From Eledone cirrhosa (taxonomy: Eukaryota): DNA of 64,000 nucleotides. The stretch lies in assembly GCA_964016885.1 (NCBI GenBank), contig CAXHJY010000636.1, positions 1 through 64,000 of the forward strand, read 5' to 3'. Below are positions 13,935 through 27,993 of this stretch, in pieces. The translations under genes and the position numbers were made by a program. Within the stretch, counting starts at the first letter, position 1, and every line of letters begins with the position of its first letter. Below the pieces are notes generated by a model that saw only the letters and a program-made list of their open reading frames with translations, did no database searches and was not told the DNA's origin.

Positions 13935-16175
13935 AGGTGGCGGTGTGGTAGTGGTGGTGGCGGTGTGGTAGTGGTGGTGGCGGTGTGGTAGTGGTGGTGG
14001 CGGTGTGGTAGTGGTGGTGGCGGTGTGGTAGTGGTGGTGGCGGTGTGGTAGTGGTGGTGGCGGTGTGGTAGTGGTGGTGGCGGGTGTGGTAATGGAGGTG
14101 GCGGTGTGGTAGTGGTGGTGGCGGTGTGGTAGTGGTGGTGGCGGTGTGTAGTGGTGGTGGCGGTAGTGGTAGTGGTGGTGGCGGTGTGGTAATGGAGGTG
14201 GCGGTGTGGTAGTGGTGGTGACGGTGTGGTAGTGGTGGTGGCGGTGTGGTAGTGGTGGTGGCGGTGTGGTAGTGGTGGTGGCGGTGTGGTAGTGGTGGTG
14301 GCGGTGTGGTAGTGGCGGTGTGGTAGTGGTGGTGGCGGTGTGGTAGTGGTGGTGGCGGTGTGGTAGTGGTGGTGGCGGTGCGATAGTGGGTCTGATGATG
14401 GCTTTGTTGGTGGTGTTGGTGGTGATGATGGTGTTAGTGTTGGTGACGGTTTGGTGGTGACATTGGTGACGGTTGGTGATGGTGTTGTGGCAGTGATGGT
14501 GGTGGCAGTGAGTGATGGTGATGGTGGTGATGGTGTTGGTGGGCAGTGATGGTGGTGATGGTGATGGTGGCGGTTTGGTGATGGTGGTGGCGATGATGGT
14601 GTTGGTGGCAGTGATGGTGGTGGCGGTGATGGTGTTGGTGGCAGTGATGGTGGTGGCGGTGATGGTGTTGGTGGCAGTGATGGTGATGGCGGTGATGGTG
14701 TTGGTGGCAGTGATGGTGGTGATGGTGATGGTGGCGGTTTGGTGATGGTGGTGGCGATGATGGTGTTGGTGGCAGTGATGGTGGTGGCGGTGATGTGTTG
14801 GTGGCAGTGATGGTGGTGGCGGTGATGGTGTTGGTGGCAGTGATGGTGGTGGCGGTGATGGTGGCGGTTTGGTGATGGTGGTGGCGGTGATGGTGTTGGT
14901 GGCAGTGATGGTGGTGGCAGTGATGGTGATGGTGGTGATGGTGTTGGTGGCAGTGATGGTGGTGGCAGTGATGGTGATGGTGGTGATGGTGTTGGTGGCA
15001 GTGATGGTGGTGATGGTGATGGTGGCGGTTTGGTGATGGTGGTGGCGATGATGGTGTTGGTGGCAGTGATGGTGGTGGCGGTGATGGTGTTGGTGGCAGT
15101 GATGGTGGTGGCGGTGATGGTGTTGGTGGCAGTGATGGTGATGGCGGTGATGGTGTTGGTGGCAGTGATGGTGGTGATGGTGATGGTGGCGGTTTGGTGA
15201 TGGTGGTGGCGATGATGGTGTTGGTGGCAGTGATGGTGGTGGCGGTGATGGTGTTGGTGGCAGTGATGGTGGTGGCGGTGATGGTGTTGGTGGCAGTGAT
15301 GGTGGTGGCGGTGATGGTGTTGGTGGCAGTGATGGTGGTGGCGGTGATGGTGGCGGTTTGGTGATGGTGGTGGCGGTGATGGTGGCGGTTTGGTGATGGT
15401 GGTGGCGGTGATGGTGTTGGTGGCAGTGATGGTGGTGGCAGTGATGGTGATGGTGGTGATGGTGTTGGTGGCAGTGATGGTGGTGATGGTGTTGGTGGCA
15501 GTGATGGTGGTGGCGGTGATGGTGTTGGTGGCAGTGATGGTGATGGTGGTGATGGTGTTGGTGGCAGTGATGGTGGTGGCGGTGATGGTGATGGTGGTGA
15601 TGGTGTTGGTGGCAGTGATGGTGGTGGCGGTGATGGTGGCGGTTTGGTGATGGTGGTGGCGGTGATGGTGGCGGTTTGGTGATGGTGGTGGCGGTGATGG
15701 TGTTGGTGGCAGTGATGGTGGTGGCGGTGATGGTGGCGGTGATGGTGTTGGTGGCAGTGATGGTGGTGGCGATGATGGTGTTGGTGGCAGTGATGGTGAT
15801 GGTGGTGATGGTGTTGGTGGCAGTGATGGTGGTGGCGGTGATGGTGTTGGTGGCAGTGATGGTGGTGGCGGTGATGGTGTTGGTGGCAGTGATGGTGGTG
15901 GCGGTGATGGTGTTGGTGGCAGTGATGGTGATGATGGTGATGGTGTTGGTGGCAGTGGTGGTGGTGGCGGTTTGGTGATGGTGGTGTTGTGTTGGTGACG
16001 GTTTGGTAATGGTGGTGATGGTGTCAGTGATGGTGGTGGTGTTCGTGTTGGTGATGATGATGATGGTGTTGGTGTCAGTGATGGTGGTGCTGGTGTTGGT
16101 GATGGTGATAGTGATGGTGATGGTGATGGTGTTGGTGTCAGTGATGGTGGTGCTGGTGTTGGTGATGGTGATGGT
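13935..16175. repeat. GT-rich minisatellites (20-bp unit, then about 33-bp unit)
   Basis: cggtgtggtagtggtggtgg repeats to about 14380; gtgatggtgttggtggcagtgatggtggtggcg repeats after about 14500. Confidence 0.9.
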
Positions 16176-16264
16176 TTATTGCTTATATAGGAAGAGGGCC
16201 GCTGCTGGGTGGAGGTATGTGTGGGTGTGTGTGTATGTGTGTGTGTGTGTATGTGTGTGTGTGT

Positions 16265-16298
<34 letters not shown>

Positions 16299-16448
16299 AT
16301 GTGTGATGAACACGTTCACGACAAAAAGAACAAAGGGAGGGGTCACCCTTTGATGTCTACCGACATGGTGGGGCGGGGGGGGTCGTAGATGGGATGTGGT
16401 GGGGGAGGTTACAGTGCCTAAAACATGGGAACCAGAGATGGTATTTCT

Positions 16449-16479
<31 letters not shown>

Positions 16480-16667
16480 ATATATATGTATATATTTATG
16501 TTTCTACGTGTGTGTGTATATGTGAATGTGTGTATATAAGTGTGTGTAGATACATATTTGTGAGTATCTCTCTTATTTATTACACACACACATAAATAAA
16601 TATATGTGCATTTATGTGTATAATATACATACGTGTTTATATAATATATACACATATATATATATAT

Positions 16668-16704
<37 letters not shown>

Positions 16705-16858
16705 AACACACATAACATACACACACACACACGTACACACACATACACACACACGTATATTAATCATTTTTACCTTCTCTGATGACACAGAAATGAACTG
16801 AATGTAACTTCTCTTCCTTGAGTCACTGTTCAGATTAACACACAAAGACATGTAAGAA

Positions 16859-17060
16859 TAATTGTTTCTATGTTTGGCACAAGGCCAAGACTTATCTCAG
16901 TGTATTACTGGTACTTTACTTTATCGACCCCCGTAAGGATGAAAAGTAAAGTTAATCTCGGCGGGATTTTTACTCAGATCAGAATGGCGAGGGCCGTAAC
17001 TCTATGCGTCAAAGCATGGCGTCCGACCCTCTACCGATACTGCCAATCTACCACCCTAAC
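16859..17060 (-). mobile_element. tRNA-derived SINE anchoring the 45-bp array
   Basis: Colinear with copies at 38345 and 48052; B-box damaged (GAGTAAAAATCC). Confidence 0.9.
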
Positions 17061-20000
17061 ATGGTGTCAGACCCTCTACCAATACTGCCAATCCACCACC
17101 CTAATATGGTGTCAGACCCTCTACCAATACTGCCAATCTACCACCCTAATATGGTGTCAGACCCTCTACCAATACTGCCAGTCTACTACCCTAATATGGT
17201 GTCAGACCCGCTACCATTACTGCCAATCTACTACCCTAACATGGTGTCAGACCCTCTACCAATACTGCCAATCTACCACCATAATATGGTGTCAGGCCCT
17301 CTACCACTACTGCCAATCTACCACCCTAACATGGCGTCAGACCCTCTACCGATACTGCCAATCTACCACCCTAACATGGCGTCAGACCCTCTACCGATAC
17401 TGCGAATCCACCACCCTAACATGGCGTCCTACCATCTACCAATACTACCAATCCACCACCCTAGCATGGCGTCCTACCCTCTACCAATACTACCAATCCA
17501 CCACCCTAACATGGCGTCCTACCCTCTACCAATACTACCAATCCACCACCCTAACATGGCGTCAGACCCTCTACCAATACTACCAATCTATCACCCTAAC
17601 ATGGTGTCAGACCCTCTACCGATACTGCCAATCCACCGCCCTAACATGGCGTCCGACCCTCTACCGATACTGCCAATCCACCACCCTAACATGGTGTCAG
17701 ACCCTCTACCAATACTGCCAATCCACCACCCTAACATGGTGTCAGACCCTCTACCAATACTGCCAATCCACCACCCTAACATGGTGTCAGACCCTCTACC
17801 GATACTACCAATCCACCACCCTAACATGGCGTCCGACCCTCTACCAATACTACCAATCCACCACCCTAGCATGGCGTCAGACCCTCTACCGATACTGTCA
17901 ATCCACCACCCTAACATGGCGTCAGACCCTCTACCAATACTACCAATCCACCACCCTAGCATGGCGTCAGACCCTCTACCGATACTGCCAATCCACCACC
18001 CTAGCATGGCGTCAGACCCTCTACCAATACTACCAATCCACCACCCTAACATGGCGTCCGACCCTCTACCGATACTGCCAATCCACCACCCTAACATGGC
18101 GTCCGACCCTCTACCGATACTGCCAATCCACCACCCTAACATGGTGTCAGACCCTCTACCGATACTGCCAATCCACCACCCTAACATGGCGTCCGACCCT
18201 CTACCAATACTGCCAATCCACCACCCTAACATGGCGTCCGACCCTCTACCAATACTACCAATCTATCACCCTAACATGGTGTCAGACCCTCTACCGATAC
18301 TGCCAATCCACCACCCTAACATGGTGTCAGACCCTCTACCGATACTGCCAATCCACCACCCTAACATGGTGTCAGACCCTCTACCAATACTGCCAATCCA
18401 CCACCCTAACATGGCGTCCGACCCTCTACCGATACTGCCAATCCACCACCCTAACATGGCGTCCGACCCTCTACCAATACTACCAATCCACCACCCTAAC
18501 ATGGTGTCAGACCCTCTACCAATACTGCCAATCCACCACCCTAACATGGTGTCAGACCCTCTACCAATACTGCCAATCCACCACCCTAACATGGTGTCAG
18601 ACCCTCTACCAATACTACCAATCTATCACCCTAACATGGTGTCAGACCCTCTACCGATACTGCCAATCCACCACCCTAACATGGTGTCAGACCCTCTACC
18701 AATACTGCAAATCCACCACCCTAACATGGTGTCAGACCCTCTACCAATACTACCAATCTATCACCCTAACATGGTGTCAGACCCTCTACCGATACTACCA
18801 ATCTATCACCCTAACATGGTGTCAGACCCTCTACCAATACTACCAATCTATCACCCTAACATGGTGTCAGACCCTCTACCAATACTGCCAATCCACCACC
18901 CTAACATGGTGTCAGACCCTCTACCAATACTGCAAATCCACCACCCTAACATGGTGTCAGACCCTCTACCAATACTACCAATCTATCACCCTAACATGGT
19001 GTCAGACCCTCTACCAATACTACCAATCTATCACCCTAACATGGTGTCAGACCCTCTACCGATACTGCCAATCCACCACCCTAACATGGTGTCAGACCCT
19101 CTACCAATACTGCAAATCCACCACCCTAACATGGCGTCAGACCCTCTACCGATACTGTCAATCCACCACCCTAACATGGCGTCAGACCCTCTACCAATAC
19201 TACCAATCCACCACCCTAGCATGGCGTCAGACCCTCTACCGATACTGCCAATCCACCACCCTAGCATGGCGTCAGACCCTCTACCAATACTACCAATCCA
19301 CCACCCTAACATGGCGTCCGACCCTCTACCGATACTGCCAATCCACCACCCTAACATGGCGTCCGACCCTCTACCGATACTGCCAATCCACCACCCTAAC
19401 ATGGTGTCAGACCCTCTACCGATACTGCCAATCCACCACCCTAACATGGCGTCCGACCCTCTACCAATACTGCCAATCCACCACCCTAACATGGCGTCCG
19501 ACCCTCTACCAATACTACCAATCTATCACCCTAACATGGTGTCAGACCCTCTACCGATACTGCCAATCCACCACCCTAACATGGTGTCAGACCCTCTACC
19601 GATACTGCCAATCCACCACCCTAACATGGTGTCAGACCCTCTACCAATACTGCCAATCCACCACCCTAACATGGCGTCCGACCCTCTACCGATACTGCCA
19701 ATCCACCACCCTAACATGGTGTCAGACCCTCTACCAATACTGCCAATCCACCACCCTAACATGGTGTCAGACCCTCTACCAATACTGCCAATCCACCACC
19801 CTAACATGGTGTCAGACCCTCTACCAATACTACCAATCTATCACCCTAACATGGTGTCAGACCCTCTACCGATACTGCCAATCCACCACCCTAACATGGT
19901 GTCAGACCCTCTACCAATACTGCAAATCCACCACCCTAACATGGTGTCAGACCCTCTACCAATACTACCAATCTATCACCCTAACATGGTGTCAGACCCT

Positions 20001-23000
20001 CTACCGATACTACCAATCTATCACCCTAACATGGTGTCAGACCCTCTACCAATACTACCAATCTATCACCCTAACATGGTGTCAGACCCTCTACCAATAC
20101 TGCCAATCCACCACCCTAACATGGTGTCAGACCCTCTACCAATACTGCAAATCCACCACCCTAACATGGTGTCAGACCCTCTACCAATACTACCAATCTA
20201 TCACCCTAACATGGTGTCAGACCCTCTACCGATACTACCAATCTAACACCCTAACATGGTGTCAGACCCTCTACCAATACTACCAATCTATCACCCTAAC
20301 ATGGTGTCAGACCCTCTACCAATACTGCCAATCCACCACCCTAACATGGTGTCAGACCCTCTACCAATACTGCCAATCCACCACCCTAACATGGCGTCAG
20401 ACCCTCTACCAATACTGCCAATCCACCACCCTAACATGGTGTCAGACTCTCTACCAATACTGCCAATCCACCACCCTAATATGGTGTCCGACCCTCTACC
20501 AATACTGCCAATCTACTACCCTAACATGGCGTCAGACCCTCTACCAATACTGCCAATCCACCACCCTAACATGGTGTCAGACCCTCTACCAATACTGCCA
20601 ATCCACCACCCTAACATGGTGTCAGACCCTCTACCGATACTGCCAATCCACCGCCCTAACATGGCGTCCGACCCTCTACCGATACTGCCAATCCACCACC
20701 CTAACATGGTGTCAGACCCTCTACCAATACTGCCAATCCACCACCCTAACATGGTGTCAGACCCTCTACCAATACTGCCAATCCACCACCCTAACATGGT
20801 GTCAGACCCTCTACCGATACTACCAATCCACCACCCTAACATGGCGTCCGACCCTCTACCAATACTACCAATCCACCACCCTAGCATGGCGTCAGACCCT
20901 CTACCGATACTGTCAATCCACCACCCTAACATGGCGTCAGACCCTCTACCAATACTACCAATCCACCACCCTAGCATGGCGTCAGACCCTCTACCGATAC
21001 TGCCAATCCACCACCCTAGCATGGCGTCAGACCCTCTACCAATACTACCAATCCACCACCCTAACATGGCGTCCGACCCTCTACCGATACTGCCAATCCA
21101 CCACCCTAACATGGCGTCCGACCCTCTACCGATACTGCCAATCCACCACCCTAACATGGTGTCAGACCCTCTACCGATACTGCCAATCCACCACCCTAAC
21201 ATGGCGTCCGACCCTCTACCAATACTGCCAATCCACCACCCTAACATGGCGTCCGACCCTCTACCAATACTACCAATCTATCACCCTAACATGGTGTCAG
21301 ACCCTCTACCGATACTGCCAATCCACCACCCTAACATGGTGTCAGACCCTCTACCGATACTGCCAATCCACCACCCTAACATGGTGTCAGACCCTCTACC
21401 AATACTGCCAATCCACCACCCTAACATGGCGTCCGACCCTCTACCGATACTGCCAATCCACCACCCTAACATGGTGTCAGACCCTCTACCAATACTGCCA
21501 ATCCACCACCCTAACATGGTGTCAGACCCTCTACCGATACTGCCAATCCACCACCCTAACATGGTGTCAGACCCTCTACCAATACTACCAATCTATCACC
21601 CTAACATGGTGTCAGACCCTCTACCGATACTGCCAATCCACCACCCTAACATGGTGTCAGACCCTCTACCAATACTGCAAATCCACCACCCTAACATGGT
21701 GTCAGACCCTCTACCAATACTACCAATCTATCACCCTAACATGGTGTCAGACCCTCTACCGATACTACCAATCTATCACCCTAACATGGTGTCAGACCCT
21801 CTACCAATACTACCAATCTATCACCCTAACATGGTGTCAGACCCTCTACCAATACTGCCAATCCACCACCCTAACATGGTGTCAGACCCTCTACCAATAC
21901 TGCAAATCCACCACCCTAACATGGTGTCAGACCCTCTACCAATACTACCAATCTATCACCCTAACATGGTGTCAGACCCTCTACCGATACTACCAATCTA
22001 TCACCCTAACATGGTGTCAGACCCTCTACCAATACTACCAATCTATCACCCTAACATGGTGTCAGACCCTCTACCAATACTGCCAATCCACCACCCTAAC
22101 ATGGTGTCAGACCCTCTACCAATACTGCCAATCCACCACCCTAACATGGCGTCAGACCCTCTACCAATACTGCCAATCCACCACCCTAACATGGTGTCAG
22201 ACTCTCTACCAATACTGCCAATCCACCACCCTAATATGGTGTCCGACCCTCTACCAATACTGCCAATCTACTACCCTAACATGGCGTCAGACCCTCTACC
22301 AATACTGCCAATCCACCACCCTAACATGGTGTCAGACCCTCTACCAATACTGCCAATCCACCACCCTAACATGGTGTCAGACCCTCTACCAATACTGCCA
22401 ATCTACTACCCTAACATGGCGTCCGACCCTCTACCAATACTACCAATCCACCACCCTAACATGGCGTCAGATCCTCTACCAATACTACCAATCCACCACC
22501 CTAACATGGTGTCCTACCCTCTACCAATACTGCCAATCCACCACCCTAACATGGCGTCAGACCCTCTACCAATACTGCCAATCCATCACCCTAACATGGT
22601 GTCAGACCCTCTACCAATACTGCCAATCCATCACCCTAACATGGTGTCCTACCCTCTACCAATACTGCCAATCCACCACCCTAACATGGCGTCCTACCCT
22701 CTACCAATACTGCCAATCCATCACCCTAACATGGTGTCAGACCCTCTACCAATACTGCCAATCCATCACCCTAACATGGTGTCCTACCCTCTACCAATAC
22801 TGCCAATCCATCACCCTAACATGGTGTCCTACCCTCTACCAATACTGCCAATCCACCACCCTAACATGGCGTCAGACCCTCTACCAATACTGCCAATCCA
22901 CCACCCTAACATGGCGTCAGACCCTCTACCAATACTGCCAATCCACCACCCTAACATGGTGTCCTACCCTCTACCAATACTGCCAATCTACTACCCTAGC

Positions 23001-24753
23001 ATGGCGTCAGACCCTCTACCAATACTACCAATCTACCACCCTAGCATGGCGTCAGACCCTCTACCGATACTGCCAATCCACCGCCCTAACATGGCGTCAG
23101 ACCCTCTACCAATACTACCAATCCACCACCCTAGCATGGCGTCAGACCCTCTACCAATACTACCAATCCACCACCCTAGCATGGCGTCAGACCCTCTACC
23201 AATACTACCAATCCACCACCCTAGCATGGCGTCAGACCCTCTACCAATACTACCAATCCACCACCCTAGCATGGCGTCAGACCCTCTACCAATACTGCCA
23301 ATCCACCACCCTAACATGGTGTCAGACCCTCTACCAATACTGCCAATCCACCACCCTAACATGGTGTCAGACCCTCTACCAATACTGCCAATCCACCACC
23401 CTAACATGGTGTCAGACCCTCTACCAATACTGCCAATCCACCACCCTAACATGGTGTCAGACCCTCTACCAATACTGCCAATCCACCACCCTAACATGGT
23501 GTCAGACCCTCTACCAATACTGCCAATCCACCACCCTAGCATGGCGTCAGACCCTCTACCAATACTACCAATCCACCACCCTAGCATGGCGTCAGACCCT
23601 CTACCAATACTACCAATCCACCACCCTAGCATGGCGTCAGACCCTCTACCAATACTGCCAATCCACCACCCTAACATGGTGTCAGACCCTCTACCAATAC
23701 TGCCAATCCACCACCCTAACATGGTGTCAGACCCTCTACCAATACTGCCAATCCACCACCCTAACATGGTGTCAGACCCTCTACCAATACTGCCAATCCA
23801 CCACCCTAACATGGTGTCAGACCCTCTACCAATACTGCCAATCCACCACCCTAACATGGCGTCAGACCCTCTACCAATACTACCAATCCACCACCCTAGC
23901 ATGGCGTCAGACCCTCTACCAATACTACCAATCCACCACCCTAGCATGGCGTCAGACCCTCTACCAATACTACCAATCCACCACCCTAGCATGGCGTCAG
24001 ACCCTCTACCAATACTACCAATCCACCACCCTAGCATGGCGTCAGACCCTCTACCAATACTACCAATCCACCACCCTAGCATGGCGTCAGACCCTCTACC
24101 AATACTACCAATCCACCACCCTAGCATGGCGTCAGACCCTCTACCAATACTGCCAATCCACCACCCTAACATGGTGTCAGACCCTCTACCAATACTGCCA
24201 ATCCACCACCCTAACATGGTGTCAGACCCTCTACCAATACTGCCAATCCACCACCCTAACATGGTGTCAGACCCTCTACCAATACTGCCAATCCACCACC
24301 CTAACATGGTGTCAGACCCTCTACCAATACTGCCAATCCACCACCCTAACATGGTGTCAGACCCTCTACCAATACTGCCAATCCACCACCCTAACATGGC
24401 GTCAGACCCTCTACCAATACTACCAATCCACCACCCTAGCATGGCGTCAGACCCTCTACCAATACTACCAATCCACCACCCTAGCATGGCGTCAGACCCT
24501 CTACCAATACTACCAATCCACCACCCTAGCATGGCGTCAGACCCTCTACCAATACTACCAATCCACCACCCTAGCATGGCGTCAGACCCTCTACCAATAC
24601 TACCAATCCACCACCCTAGCATGGCGTCAGACCCTCTACCAATACTGCCAATCCACCACCCTAACATGGTGTCAGACCCTCTACCAATACTGCCAATCTA
24701 CTACCCTAACATGGCGTCCGACCCTCTACCAATACTGCCAATCCACCACCCTA

Positions 24754-24754
<1 letters not shown>
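17016..24754. repeat. 45-bp satellite, about 172 units, derived from the SINE 5' end
   Basis: Unit atggYgtcagaccctctaccRatactRccaatccaccaccctaRc matches SINE sequence at 48200-48238; register is kept throughout with no indel seen. Confidence 0.97.
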
Positions 24755-24840
<86 letters not shown>

Positions 24841-24842
<2 letters not shown>

Positions 24843-24925
24843 GAGGGAGTTGTGGTAAGGAACCAGGTGGACCATAACGCACCAGAGTACTCAATACTTA
24901 GGACAGTAGAGTGGGTAATAGGAAA
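24841..24925 (-). mobile_element. Family E 3' fragment
   Basis: Reverse complement of ttacccactctactaccctaagtattgagtac..ggttccttaccac seen at 47054, 49025, 55819, 60185. Confidence 0.8.
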
Positions 24926-25339
24926 ATGTTTCACAATACAATAGGAAAATGTATGAAAATACATTTTCCTATGTATATGTGTATATGTATATATGTGTGT
25001 GTGTGTATATTTATACACACACACACATATATACCCGAGGAATAATATACACACACACACACATATATACACACGCACACATATATACCCGAGGAATAAT
25101 GAGAAAATTAGTGCTGGAGCAGCAGAGTGGCGAGGTGCCGGTAGACCAGGTTACGTCACGGCATGTCATGGCAGTGACATGTCATATTTCCTATCACCTG
25201 CCGTGGGGTAAGGAGTGTTGGGGTGGCGGGGTGGTGGTGGGGTAGTAAGGTGGGGGTGATGAGTTGGTGAGGGAGAATGGTGGGGTGGAGAGGGTGGTGG
25301 GGTGGTGAGGTGGTGGGGGAGATCAGCGTGGATCGTCAT

Positions 25340-25498
25340 AGTGGTGGTGGTGGTGGTGGTGGTGGTAGAAGTAGTAGTAATGGTAGTAGTAGTGGTCGTA
25401 GAATGTTTGGGTGGTGGTAGTAGTAGAAGTAGTAGTAATGGTAGTAGTAGTGGTGGTAGAATGTTTGGGTGGTGGTGGTAGTAGAAGTAGTAGTAATG

Positions 25499-25530
<32 letters not shown>

Positions 25531-25803
25531 GGTTGCAGTAGTAGTAGAGTAGTGGTAGTGGTGTAGTGTTTGGGTGGTAGTAGTAGTAGTAGTTGCAGTA
25601 GTAGTAGTAGTAGTTGCAGTAGTAGTAGTAGTAGTAGTAGTAGTTGCAGTAGTAGTAGTAGTAGTTGCAGTAGTAGTAGTAGTAGTAGTGGTAGTAGTAG
25701 TAGTGGTAGTAGTGTAGTGTTTGGGTGGCTGTAGTAGTAATAGTAGTAGTAGCGGTCTAGTGTTTGGGTGGCAGTAGTAGTAGCGGTGTAGTGTTTGGGT
25801 GGC

Positions 25804-25835
<32 letters not shown>

Positions 25836-25873
25836 CAGCGGTGTAGTGTTTGGGCGGCAGTGGTAGTAGTTGC

Positions 25874-25917
<44 letters not shown>

Positions 25918-25946
25918 AGTGGTGGTAGTGTAGTGTTTGGGTGGCT

Positions 25947-25989
<43 letters not shown>

Positions 25990-26097
25990 AGTGGTGGTAG
26001 TGTAGTGTTTGGGTGGCTGTAGTAGTAGTAGTAGTAGTAGCGGTGTAGTGTTTGGGTGGCAGTGGTGGCTGTAGCAGTGGTAGTGGTGTAGTGTTTG

Positions 26098-26141
<44 letters not shown>

Positions 26142-26920
26142 TAGTGTAGTGTTTGGGTGGCTGTAGTAGTAGTAGTAGTAGTAGTAGCGGTGTAGTGTTT
26201 GGGTGGCAGTGGTGGCTGTAGCAGTGGTAGTGGTGTAGTGTTTTGGTGGCAGTGGTAGTGGTGTAGTGTTCGGGTGGCAGTGGTGGTAGTGGTAGTGGTG
26301 TAGTGTTCGGGTGGCAGTATTGGCTGTGATAGTGGTAGTGGTGTAGTGTTCGGGTGGCAGTGGTGGCTGTGGTAGTGGCAGTAGTGGTAGTAGTAGTGGT
26401 GTAGTGTTCGGGTGGCAGTGGTGGCTGTGGTAGTGGCAGTAGTGGTAGTAGTAGTGGTGTAGTGTTCGGGTGGTAGTGGTGGCTGTGATAGTGGTAGTAG
26501 CAGTAGTAGTGGTGCAGTGTTCGGGTGGTAGTGGTGGCAGTAGTGGTAGTGGTAGTGGTGTAGTGTTCGGGTGGTAGTGGTGGCTGTGATAGTGGTAGTA
26601 GCAGTAGTAGTGGTGCAGTGTTCGGGTGGTAGTGGTGGCAGTAGTGGTAGTGGTAGTGGTGTAGTGTTCGGGTGGTAGTGGTGGCAGTAGTGGTAGTGGT
26701 AGTGGTGTAGTGTTCGGGTGGTAGTGGTGGCAGTAGTGGTAGTGGTAGTGGTGTAGTGTTCGGGTGGTAGTGGTGGCAGTAGTGGTAGTGGTAGTGGTGT
26801 AGTGTTCGGGTGGCAGTGGTGGCTGTGGTAGTGGCAGTAGTGGTAGTAGTAGTGGTGTAGTGTTCGGGTGGTAGTGGTGGCAGTAGTGGTAGTGGTAGTG
26901 GTGTAGTGTTCCGGTGGTAG
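25340..26920. repeat. (AGT/GGT)n tract punctuated by gtgtagtgttYgggtgg
   Basis: Direct reading. Confidence 0.9.
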
Positions 26921-27055
26921 TCGAAAGAACGACACCTGCTAATTAGTTTTCGAAACTCCAGAGTTTTGGATCCTTTTTTACGTCTTTCTTTGCGACAGAT
27001 TGATATCTTGGTTCTGTCTACGAAGGTGGAAAAAAAAGGTGGGTGTGTGTGTGTG

Positions 27056-27246
<191 letters not shown>

Positions 27247-27257
27247 GTGTGTGTGTG

Positions 27258-27331
<74 letters not shown>

Positions 27332-27335
27332 TGTG

Positions 27336-27366
<31 letters not shown>

Positions 27367-27535
27367 ATATACATATATATATATGTGTGTGTGTATATAT
27401 ATGTGTGTGTATGTGTATATATATATATATGTGTGTGTGTGTGTATAAATATATGTGAGTGTGTGTGTGTGTGTATATATATGTGTGTATGTGTATGTGT
27501 ATATATATATATATGTGTGTGTATATATATATATA

Positions 27536-27586
<51 letters not shown>

Positions 27587-27959
27587 ATGTGTGTATAAAT
27601 ATATGTGTGAGTGTGTGTGTGTGTATCTGTGAGACAGCTGGAAGTTTCTCCAAGCAATGATGCAATGAAAAAGAGTGAACTTGTGTATTTCTAATTGTAT
27701 GTATATGTGTATGTGTATATGTATATATGTGTATGTGTATGTGTATATATGTATATATATGTGTATGTGTATGTGTATATATGTATATATGTGTATGTGT
27801 GTATGTGTATGTGTATATGTATATATGTGTATGTGTATGTATGTATATGTATATGTGTGTATATGTATATATGTGTTTGCGCATACATATACGTATATGT
27901 GTGTGTGTGTGTGTTTGGCTTTGTTTTATTACTTTTCAACGAGCTGTTATTACATAATA

Positions 27960-27962
27960 TGG

Positions 27963-27993
<31 letters not shown>

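Noticed and set aside
17016-24754. Telomeric or subtelomeric array
   Set aside because: At most one CCCTAA per 45-bp unit and no tandem TTAGGG runs.
16870-24944. 2662-aa, 1080-aa and 1562-aa repetitive ORFs as a structural protein
   Set aside because: The unit is 45 bp (a multiple of 3) and SINE-derived. Several frames on both strands are open at once, the start lies inside the SINE and the end runs into (TA)n.
25340-26920. CRISPR-like constant repeat with variable spacers
   Set aside because: The spacers are only AGT/GGT runs of varying length; eukaryotic context and no cas genes.
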